A DNA stretch of 64,000 bases, from assembly GCA_977030845.1 (NCBI GenBank), contig OZ365115.1:31434001-31498000 (forward strand), given 5' to 3'. The position numbers and the translations under genes were made by a program. Positions within the stretch are counted from its first letter, which is position 1; the number at the start of each line of letters is the position of its first letter. The DNA is from Fimbriosthenelais zetlandica. Its lineage: Eukaryota. Below the pieces are notes generated by a model. The model was not told the origin of the DNA and did not search any database. It saw nothing but the letters and a program-made list of their open reading frames with translations. Shown here piece after piece: positions 50,053-60,591 of the stretch.

Positions 50053-50250
50053 CATAGACCCGTGTCTATGTAGAATGGTCACGGCATATGTCTGACACTA
50101 AATCCCGCGGGTCTATGTATGTACCATAGACATAGATTCTAGTCTATGGTATGTACAGTGATTTTGTGGGGTTGACAATTGGAGTACATTGTACCTGTTC
50201 CTGTCTATGTTAATTTGGGCTGGTCTATGCAGTTAAAATTCGGCATAGAC
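50053..50250. repeat. Cluster of CATAGAC/GTCTATG inverted repeats (possible decayed palindromic MITE)
   Basis: CATAGAC at 50053, 50125, 50244; GTCTATG at 50064, 50111, 50142, 50203, 50223; several 10-bp inverted pairs. Confidence 0.8.
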
Positions 50251-53200
50251 CAAGGCTCTACAGTGAACTGTATCACGATTTCGACGCTGGAAATGATGAG
50301 CTTATATCACAAAATAGTTTCAAAGAAGACTTATGTGGGCGTTTATTCCTCAGTACGTTTATTCCTCCCATGGGAGGGGATTTTATGACAAAACGAGCGA
50401 TAGAATTCCAAACCATGCTATATTTAAAGTATACAGATCCTATAATATCCTCGAGCCTTGGGCATATCTACATAATATGAAGAGTGCCCTAAAGGAACTA
50501 ATGGTATACAATGAGCATTCAATATAGTGTTTAAGAGCCACTCGAGCTTAAAAAGGACGTCAAGTAATAGCAGAGATCCACATAGAATACAATTATAGCA
50601 CCTACTCTCTAGTAATCCCTCTCTATTTATAAGCAAGGAAACCTCCCATCAATTCCATAAGAGATATTTTCAACTATAAGATCTGTTTAACACCCCAGCG
50701 CCCTTTTTTTAAAATTTAAAGCTCAACTGAAGATAAGGTGGTAATAGATTAGTGAAGCTATCTTGAACAAGTCTAGTTGATCAAAGTATATGACTGGGCT
50801 ATCACCTCCAGCCGCCAGCCAGTCGTGCATTTACAATTTAATTAGAGAGCCATGCAGAAGCCATAATACTATACTCTGTACCATTCAGTATTCAGACATC
50901 CACTCTATAGGCTCAATCCACGGAGCATGAGAAATGCCGTACACAATATGTGTTGGCATAGAGTACATATGAGAAAAAAAGGGGGAGGAGTTATTTTTAC
51001 AGTCTCAATTTAGTGGAAATAAATAGGGAGGAAGGATGCAATAAGCTGCTTGGGAATGTAGAGGGATTATGAATGATCCTATTGCTAGAAGCTGCTGCTC
51101 TCCTCCTTACCATTTTTATCTTGACTCATGGTATTTTGCTTGATTATCAATTAAGACTAGCCCCAAGGCTCTTGATTAAATTTTCGTTGAACATCAGTCA
51201 TGTTTTGTTTGTATATTGATAACGTCCATTCAGCATATATTCTCGGCTATTCAGGAGAGTTCTAAAGAAACACGCTATCGGCACACAATGTTCTACACTT
51301 CTCAAACGGAAGCAATTAGTTGCATACTTACTAATATTCATTGGAGATAATACTCCAGACCTACATAAATTCCTATGAATTTTTAATCACAAATTTGAAG
51401 ACATGCCACCTGTCGTCTTTCTGACAAAACCCCTTACTACACATTTTCCCTCTGCCACTCCAGCTGATCCATCTCTCTGTCTTCGGCGATACAAACATGC
51501 AAGCTGACACTATATGGTCGGCCCAGGGGGCGACACTGTCTACAAACGCTGGTTGGGGTTACTGATGGAGGGGGGCCAGAGGGGCTAGAGGTTTACAGGT
51601 ATATTCCACGCCAACATTGGTTAAAAATGACACATCAAGAATGAGAGAGAAACTGCGCCTCTGGGCTCACCTCTGGGCACAAGAGGACAGAGGGTATAGT
51701 TCCTTGCTTGTCCGCAAACAGAGGGAGGGTAGGAGAGATACAAGATTAACATATATATACAAGCCACCAAGCTAACCAGCAAAAGTCCGCCAACAAAATC
51801 ATTAGCGTTGTTTACTTGCCGACATACCAGGAATAAGTGGGTAATACGATGAAATAGAAGAAGACCAACAAAGAAGGAGTTGGAAAGGGGAACTGCAATG
51901 CAAGCGATTTTCTCCGCAGAATATCGTGGTTTGTGTCAAGGCAAATATTCTACAATGTCCACTAAATAATAGAGTATAGAATTAATTTTTAAGAATTTTA
52001 AAAATATTTATCGAGGCATATTTTGAAAAAAAATGACATTTTAAAACTAAATGAACTCCTGATGTTGGAATCAAATTTCAACACAAGAAGCCCTTCATTG
52101 GAAGAGGAGTATTACTTGGAGACTTAAGTGTACCTTCCCCCTGTAAAGAATACGTAGTTTCATCCCCAAGTGTTATAGATTCGGCTAATGTTTGGTCTTC
52201 GTGCTATGGCAATAATAGAAGCATGTAAGAATATCAAAGTAAACGTTGTTATATCTCAAGAGGGCGAGGGGAAAGTGGCAGGATCATGTTCCCACTTACA
52301 GCGAGAAAATAAATAACCAACCGTAAATCCTTCAATAAAATGAGAAGGGGGAGGAGGACACTTATAAGAGAAAGGAAATTCTCTCATTGTTTCTGATGGG
52401 AAGAGTATGGATGAGAAGGGAGAGGGACGTATGCTATTGTCATTATGACAAGAAGATTAAAGCAACCCCTCATATACAATAAGCCTCTTACACACAATAT
52501 GCATCCTGCATGCTGAAAATCAACTTCAAATGGAAAAAATGTGAGAAATTCCTTAGAAGTCTTTTGTCTCGAGGGAAAAATGGCTTTTGTCTGCGTCTGA
52601 TCCCGGATTAAAATCACATGGAGGAAAGGCTTTCCTTTTTTGATGAAATCGGATTTAATTTTTATTCCTTCCAAAACCAAGATGAAGAAAACAACTGAAG
52701 GATAAAGTATTTGACATGGGAAATATGAGACTGGCCAGAATAATCATAAATAGGAGGAAAATACGCTGAGAGGGTTAAATTAAAACTGCTGTGTACCACT
52801 GAATTCAGAGGCTCAGTAACCACAGGTTAAATCATATTGGCAAAGTGTATACAGGGTGAGCAGTTGCTGTATATGATGGAGCAGGAAGGAGCAGCTCATT
52901 TAAGACTGGATGTAGGAGCAGGTGTTCAGGGTCAATCAGCTTAAATCTACGAGCGTGGCGTTAGGCAAGAGCACAGCAGGTAGACCAGGTTAATCACAGA
53001 GAATCAACCTCCCAAACATCAACTCGACTCACCATCATTTTCTCTCTCAGACTTTCATTAGGATCCAGGGGATCGGTGGGGGTGGGGGTCGGTAGGGCTC
53101 GGAAAGTTCATGAACCCCCAATCCGCCTCCCAGAGGTGGAATTTCTGTCACCCAAATAGTATGTATACATGTATGTACATTGTCTGCCATTTTCTTAAAC

Positions 53201-53761
53201 ACAAAATCATGGATCGGTCCCTAAGGTCTTTCTCATAATATTTTAATACATATTTGACCATGGGATTGGTCTGGTGCTTAATAAATTGGTAAAACCTGCA
53301 GCATATTGTAATATGGATTGAAAACTGTATTGTAATCATGGCCATGGAAAATGAGAAATTCAGACAGCCTGAATGTCAGAATGACAATTTGGATTACATG
53401 CAAAACCTGCTCGAACTATTATTTGAGCGCTAAGCTACTCAAATTTCCAGTATTTTAGTACTTAATAAAGTGCGAATTACAGAAAACCATGGATTTCAAT
53501 ACCCAACGTGAGAGAGTTGGCAGGTCCTCAGAAAACATGCAACCTGCGACATTTAGTCCGTAATTTCTCGAAGAATAGTTGTAGGGGAAATCTAAGTGTA
53601 TTAAAAGGTTCATTGAAGGTGGTGTGGTCGAGTTAAGGACAGGAACAAGGATGAAACCCTCAGAGGGTGTCCAGAGAACGATTTAAATTAGATATCAGTG
53701 ATGGATATGCGCATTAAACTGAGAGTAGAGTCAAAGAACATGGCGGATGGCAGGTAGGTGT

Positions 53762-53885
53762 GGCCGGGGGTGGGGTGGAAGCAGGCGGGAGGGTAGGGGG
53801 TGGGGTGGCCAGGGGGTGAGGGTACGGCAGCCGGGGGAAGGGGTGTGAGAATAATAGTGGCAAGGGTTGGGATGGGTTGGTGGGA
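53762..53885 (+). repeat. Dense G-run tract (multiple potential G-quadruplexes)
   Basis: Ten runs of >=3 G between 53766 and 53843, with more to 53885. Confidence 0.85.
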
Positions 53886-54062
53886 AATTGGAGATACCAT
53901 GGGGTGCATGGAAGGAGGTTGGGTATAGCAGAATTTGATTGGGGGATGAGTGGAAAGACAGGGGACGGGAGTGGGAATATAGAAGAGAATGAAATGAGCG
54001 AATGAGTATGCAAAACATTGCTTCTTCGGGGTATGATATTTTATCCATTTTCCTTCCACCAG

Positions 54063-54124
54063 AAGCTGTTTCTAGCCTTCTTACCTCAAAGCCACATCAA
54101 GGAATTCACACAGGCAAGTCTCAG
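54063..54124 (+). other. Candidate plus-strand exon (62 nt)
   Basis: Acceptor ATTTTATCCATTTTCCTTCCACCAG (AG 54061-54062), donor CAG|GTGAGA. Two open frames: KLFLAFLPQSHIKEFTQASL and AVSSLLTSKPHQGIHTGKSQ. Confidence 0.3.
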
Positions 54125-56315
54125 GTGAGACATGTTGACTGAGAAAGCAGAGACAGGGATTAATATCAAAGACCGCCACGCGAGGTCAGGAGTGAGGGAT
54201 GAGGGAGGGCAGATGTAGGGCTCTATTTGTGGTCCTTTTGTTCCCATCTCTATACAAGCTAGACCAATGTCTCAAATCCCCACCTCTCAGTCTCTCTATA
54301 GAGCCTAGAGGGATATACTCTTGTCTCTGTCTCTCTAGACCATAGACAAACTTAAAAGTCAAATAACCTCCCCTGCTATAATAAGATGGCACAGTGACTG
54401 TGTAAAAACCTAGGGTCGAATTGGAATGGGTGTCAGAATCTCCCCTCTTTCAGAGATGAAAGTAGTGTCCCTCAAATATTTTTCCCCACAGTAGGACCCG
54501 CCCCCCTTTCAGCCCACGGTTTAGTCGTAATGAATTCACCCAAAATTTGTATTTAACCCCAAAAATCTGTCTATACACAAAGGCCACCAGAAAAGACCTT
54601 CAGAAAGCTCTGCAAGAAAAATAGAGGGAGAAATACACTAAAATCAGATTGAACCACTGGAAAGCAATGAACCCTTTCAAGTGTAGAGCCCAGCCTGCTT
54701 CTGGCCGTGTGAGGAGAGAGGGCAGCAGTAATTCGCTGCTTTATATAGGAGGGTGGATTTCACTTGGATCTTAATGGACAGCAATGAAGCAGGCCTCCTC
54801 CAGGGTCCGTCCTGGTCTTCACCCTACCAATTTCATCCTTGGTTACCCTGCTATCTGCCCCCAAAACCCTCTAGTAGAGCTGAAAAGCCACGTGCCCCAT
54901 CCATAAGGCCTAAAGGCTGAAGCCAATGGGATGAGTTTGAATATACTGGGACGTAGGAAGGAGAAGGGAAAAGGGCAGGGCACACTAGAGCAATATATAT
55001 ATTAAAAGCTAGGTCCAAGTGTATGTTTTTGTACTTTAGATTTCATTGCAATTGAACCTTCGCCTTAACAGATCAAGTAGCTTTGCTAATTCAATAAATG
55101 AATAAAAATCAAAGGGAAAACTTGTGAAACCTCTGTGAAAATGCAAGATATTAGCTACCATACAAAAGCAATTTTGGTGAGATACACCATATGATTCCTA
55201 AGTGAGAGCCAACTCGTGAGAAGATATGATCATATTCACAGGAAGCACTCAGCGAAATCTGAGAGATAAAACACTGCAGCTGAGGCAGCCTGGCTGGTCA
55301 GAAAACTGGTGCTAAAAACCTTAACTTTCTGTGAGAAGTTTCTTTCAGAAGTTAAGAATCTTTTATCACTGTGTCTGGGTGCCAGGTTTCTCAAGAGAGG
55401 AAATGTTCAAGTCCAGAGGGAAATGATAGATTCTCTCAAGAGGGGTGTGTCTTTTTGAGTGGCCACTTCTCAGATGTCTGGACAAACATTACCTTAAAAA
55501 GAAAACAGGCCCATCTGTTTATCAGGAGAGAGGCTTCAGGAAGAAGAAAGTCAAATTGTAGATATACAGTACTGCCAACTTCAAATTTTCACAATTCAAG
55601 TTCTGCATTGCGAATAAACTCATTGAATGCCGTGAACAGAATAGTGCATAAAACCTATACCAAAGAGATATTTCTGATTTTCCAATATTGACCCCCTGGC
55701 CTCATTCCATTTGCAAAGCATGAAGTCAACCAAAAAATTGGTCAATTTACCCTAGATCAGGTCGGAGAGGCAACTTAGTACCTCTGGCCCCTCCTCCCAA
55801 TGTCCCCTTCACACCCCTTTAGTGTTGTTTTGCCCGAGTGGGGAGGGTCCATGTCACCTTGTTCAAACACCACCTTTGACCTCGGGCTCCAGGTCACCCG
55901 AGGAACGCAGAGGTCACCATGGATGACTGGAGGTAATAAAACAGGGTAAATAGTGTGTTAACCTCCAGCCCTCACCTACTGGTGTTTTCACGAGTTTTTA
56001 TATACTGGAATTCAGGGCCGTGGACATGGTACTTAGACCCACTAATAGGAATTAAGGGATCGTGTTCAGGGATCGAGTATGCCTGTACTCTTTCGATCCA
56101 TGGACTTTACAATTACTCAATACAGTTGTTGATAATATTTGTTAATAATTTGTTAATAGACAATACCAGGAAACATCCCGATACATGTACAAGAGAAAGT
56201 CTGAAAATCTTCCTCCAAATATTTCTGAGGACATGCATTGTATATAATTCGAATGGAATTTTGATAAATGTTTAATTTTAAGATCATGTCAATTCTTGTC
56301 AAATAGTCATGATTG

Positions 56316-56344
56316 AATGTACATGTAAACTTTACATGTACATT
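56316..56344. repeat. Perfect 14-bp inverted repeat with 1-nt spacer
   Basis: AATGTACATGTAAA-C-TTTACATGTACATT. Confidence 0.95.
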
Positions 56345-56711
56345 ACCCAAAAAAATGCTCCTTCCCCTTCCACCCCTCTTATCTGCCCTCCATCTCTCTC
56401 CTCCCCCCCCCCCTCTCTCTGCAAAAACAAGGAAAACTTAGTCTTGTTAGGGAGTGATTTTTTTATAGTGGATGTAGATGGTTGATGGTGATAGGTAGAG
56501 AAGTGTATGGGGGTGAGGAGGGTACACGAGGTTGGGTTAAGTGTACTGATTGCACTTGTATCACCTGATCTGCCCTCCAGTCACACTTACAAGATAATTT
56601 GTAGGATAAATAAAGAGATCTAATCGCTCTTACACTTGTTATTGCACGCCAGACATACATGTAGTCCATTAACAACATTCCAATCCCATGACTAAAGGCT
56701 GACAAAAAAAT

Positions 56712-56734
56712 AGAGAGAGGAGGGAGAGAGGACC

Positions 56735-56775
<41 letters not shown>

Positions 56776-56800
56776 GGGGGGGGGGGGAGGGGAGAGAGAG
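56712..56800 (+). repeat. (GA)n microsatellite with a G homopolymer
   Basis: GAGAGAGAGAGAGAGAGAGAGAGAAAGAGAGAGAGAGAGAGGGGGGGGGGGGGAGGGGAGAGAGAG. Confidence 0.95.
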
Positions 56801-57815
56801 ATATGAAGGGAAAAATGGAAGAAGGGAAAAGTAGAAATAGAGACCCAGTCTGTTTTCCTTAGAAAAAAAAGTACATATTTTAGCATGAGAAGACTATTGA
56901 ATGGAGTTTGTAAACGTAGTGCATATTGAATTAGAGAGTAGAAGTAGGGAATATGAGAGGCGCCAGTGAGGGACATGAGATAGCTTGTTAGGACAGGCAG
57001 TGGATGAGTGGCTGACTCAATGTTAAACCAATGTGAATCACAGTAGCTTCACTATGTGAAAAAAACTATACAAATGAGGCCATTGACAAATAGGCTACCA
57101 TCAGTCATACATCATTTCAAAACTTTAGAAAGCGGGTACTTCCACTTGTAATTAAACTACAAGCAAACGATGCGGAAACTTCTAGTCATACTACATGTAC
57201 GTAGTTTATTCCTTACAATTTTTAAACTGTTATGATATGACAGCTTTTTATGACCTCTCCTTAGCTCCGCTTATCCTCACACGTTTACAGGATATATAAT
57301 ATTGTAAACATGATATTTAAGGTCAAGAAATTTCACATTAAGGACAATGCACTCTAAAAGAAGGGGAGGTAGGCTATTACCTAAATAATATAACCTTGAA
57401 CCCACATTTCCACAACCAGGCTAGAAATACAGTCTCAGGCTAGATTTTTTTCCCCAAACTGGCATTCAGTAAACGCAGGAAAAAGCCAACAAAACTGAGA
57501 ATTTATCTTAAGCTCAAAGCATTTTCGTCTCAACGGTCCAAATGACCCAGGGGGATTTAGAATTTCGTGCTGTGAGTTGTGTCTAGTGACAGTCAGTGAA
57601 AAGCGACACAAAGAAGGCTGTCTCTTCCCCAAACTAAGGGAAAATGAATCTTCACGAAAAAGAGAAGATAAAAGTGGTGGGTAGAGTTTGATCCTCCGGG
57701 GATTTGAAGGAATGAAGTCAGCAGAAAAGTGGCTTTATCTGGCATTTAATGCCGGCTAAAGTGGCTGAGGTCTCATTTATAGTCAATACAGCAGTTCACA
57801 GGGTCAGGGACGAGT

Positions 57816-58047
57816 GAAGGAAGAGAGAATGAAGGAGAGAATGAAGAAGAAAGAATGAAGGACAGAAAGAAGAGAGAGAATGAAGAAGAGAGAGAATGAA
57901 GAAGAGAGAGAATGAAGAAGAGAGAGAATGAAGAAGAGAGAGAATGAAGGAGAGAATGAAGAAGAGAGAATGAAGAGAGAGAATGAAGAGAGAATGAAGA
58001 GAGAGAATGAAGAGAGAGAATGAAGAAGAGAGAATGAAGGACAGAAT
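57816..58047 (+). repeat. Purine-rich minisatellite GAATGAAG(AAG)(AG)n, ~15 units of 11-16 nt
   Basis: 15 GAATGAAG cores counted by eye. Confidence 0.95.
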
Positions 58048-58157
58048 ACATGCACACTGACAAGCAGTGGAAGGACAGACATCATGGGTTTGTAGGACAG
58101 AGAGAATAGATAGATGGACCGACAGGTGAAAGCTTGATCAAATGGTTGCAGGTTCGA

Positions 58158-58212
58158 TGGGTGGATGGATGGATGGATGGTTCATGGTTCGATGGATGTG
58201 TGGGTGGATGGA
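58158..58212 (+). repeat. Degenerate (TGGA)n microsatellite
   Basis: TGGGTGGATGGATGGATGGATGGTTCATGGTTCGATGGATGTGTGGGTGGATGGA. Confidence 0.85.
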
Positions 58213-58630
58213 CAGGTGGAACTGAAGGGTGAATGCAAAGAATATAATCAGAATTCTCCAATGTTTCTGCCTGTCAGGAGATGGTTACAACTTGGGTAGA
58301 AGCCACAGGATTTTTAATTTTCTTAACTTTCAAATTACCGCCTTAAAAATGAGACAAAGAAATTATACAAAAAAACCTTCACATGGGCAGGGGAACCTAA
58401 AACTCCAGCCCCAAAGACTCCCAAGTGAAAGGAACATGTAAAAAAGTGGTTTGATAATGATCATTATTCCAATTCTTTGTCTGAAATGTGACTCTCATTT
58501 TTCCATTCGACTCCCAGAGGAAAGAATGACAGCTGGTCAGATTGTGACTTGAATCAAACCTCAGTCCCTGACAGAAGTTGAACTTGAAGAAAAGCCTTTA
58601 AAATGAACTGCCTTCCCCACTCCTGACAAG

Positions 58631-58915
58631 ATAATTAATCAACTTGTGAAATTAGTCGTCTACTAATCACCCCCCCCCCCCACCCTACCAACATTACCAC
58701 CCCCAAGACATAGTGACGTCACCAAGGAAACGTCAATTCATTGAATTAAGCCAGGCAATAGGACTGAGTGTAATTGATCTAAATAGGAGGTAATTAGGCC
58801 AGTTGGCCAACCAATAGCCATTGCTCATACATCTGAGAGTAGGCCTGAGGGAACAATGAAGGGGCATTTTACATCGACGCTTGCCCATTCCAGGCTTGTT
58901 AACGCCGCTTAATTT
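58631..58915. promoter_or_regulatory. Homeodomain (TAATT) site cluster with a perfect CRE
   Basis: TAATT/AATTA at 58632, 58649, 58744, 58771, 58791, 58910; GTGACGTCAC 58713-58722; CCAAT 58811. Confidence 0.35.
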
Positions 58916-59734
58916 GCTGGGGTCTGGGAATGTGGCGAGGGCGGGCAGCGATCTGTTATTTCTGACAGCTACAAAGGAAGCATGATTTTCATTAAATACA
59001 TGTCCCAGGCACATCAATTTCCCACTGAAATTGAAGTTTAATTCAGAGACCCCGAGTTTGAAATGACAAGGCCTAGAACATTAATGGTCCAGTCAATATT
59101 CACCATGAATATCATAATCATTACATACCGGGCCTTAAAACTTAAACTAAAATGTATAACTCTAGAGTCAAGCAAAGTTAAGTAATTTCTGAACGAAATA
59201 GATCTATTTCTCTCTGATTTAATACAATGTGAAATGACAGTACAAACAGATCATCCGACCCTGAGAAGTACGATTAAAATCCAGGAAAATTTGTAAGGAA
59301 TCCATGACATTATTTCAATTTTCCACGATAGGAAGAAAAGGTTAAACCAGTGCTTCATAATGTGGGCTCAATAACGAGTCTATAAACTTGTCATTATCCT
59401 GACACTAATTGCCACAGCCTATTTCATGGCACCATGACTTCATATTTCACATACCAAGCAACCACCTTTTAAACAGCAAATTTAAATTAATTAATTTGCC
59501 TCTGTGATGGAGCTGTCAGTGTGCCAGAAATTGGAATAATGTATCTAACAATGGTTGATTAGATTATCATACTTTGTCAGTTCGGAATGCAATGACATTT
59601 TGCCAGGAACTGGTGAAAAATAGACAGGCATATATATAGAGTACCAGTAACAGTTTAAATGTCTGAACAATCGGAATATACGATTCCTCTATAGCAACTG
59701 TCAGTAATCAACGCAGAAAAAAATATAGGCTTAC

Positions 59735-59790
59735 CTCAGATGGATTCAAAAGGTCTGTCCACACCCAGTGTCACTGATATAGGTCCCCAC
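59735..59790 (-). other. Candidate non-coding or stop-containing exon (56 nt)
   Basis: Acceptor TTCATTCATCTTTTATACTTTCAG (AG 59792-59791), donor GAG|GTAAGC. Stops in all frames; the longest reads WGPISVTLGVDRPFESI*. Confidence 0.5.
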
Positions 59791-60500
59791 CTGAAAGTAT
59801 AAAAGATGAATGAATTTATGAAGTCATAGATACGTGTGTATATCAATCAAATGCATATAAAGTGAATGTAATGGATCCTATAAAAATATGTATCTTGCAC
59901 TCTGGAAGTGTTCCTTTCAGATAAGAAGATATCAAGTGAAAATCCAAATGAAATCCAAAGACGATCTAGATCTTTGAGCGGATCTCAAGGGCTCCATATC
60001 GGGGGAGCGAGGTAAAATTTCACCAACCTCACTGGAAACAAATTCTGAAAATGTGACCACGGATGGGCCCAGAAAAATCTAGGAAAGCTAAACTACATCT
60101 TGAGGGAGGATATTGAAATGATAAAAGATGGACCCGTATGAGCGAGTGAAGGATTGGCGTAGAGGGAGGAGGGAATATGAGAGAAATGTATCTTTGAAGT
60201 TTCTGCCCTATCTCCACCAGCCCATCTTACATGTCAGGAGTCAAGTACTTTCTCTCAGGTGTCTCAACTCTTATGCAGTCCACATTAACTTACGACTTGA
60301 ACTCCACCTTTGATTTTCTTAAAAACTTCCTCAGCGAGGGAAGATCAAAGACGGAAAAAACATTTCTCACACCTGCACCAACAGGAAGAGAAACATTTAT
60401 GAATATAAACTTGTCAACGGGCATCCCCATGCAAAAAATGGATTTTCTTTTGTAGAGTTCTCAATAGAATACTAGTATTCAGTGGTTTGATATTATTATG

Positions 60501-60591
60501 GGGGCACGTGTAGTTCAAAACAAAAATGTTTATGGGCCCCTTGGCACGTGTAAGTCAAAACTAAAATGTTTATGGATCCCTAAAGGGTTAA
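60501..60591 (-). mobile_element. Probable solo terminus of a piggyBac-type (TTAA) element with two 40-bp subterminal repeats
   Basis: Repeats at 60501-60540 and 60541-60580 (GGCACGTGTA-x-x-TCAAAAC-x-AAAATGTTTATGG-x-x-CCC) followed by TAAAGGGTTAA, i.e. TTAA-CCCTTTAGGG on minus. No partner end seen. Confidence 0.4.

Noticed and set aside
49828-51540. CTCF-like words (CTGGTAGGGGGCAG near 49833; GGCCCAGGGGGCGA near 51519)
   Set aside because: Each has 2-4 mismatches in the core; a PWM scan is needed.
56529-56566. miR-92-like hairpin (AGGTTGGG ... ATTGCACTTGT)
   Set aside because: The hairpin is only about 38 nt with a 5-nt loop, too short for a Dicer substrate, and the 3' half does not match miR-92.
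53688-58085. Pro-rich and Ser/Leu/Phe-rich ORFs at 53688-54059 and 57773-58085
   Set aside because: They are translations of the G-rich tract and the purine minisatellite.
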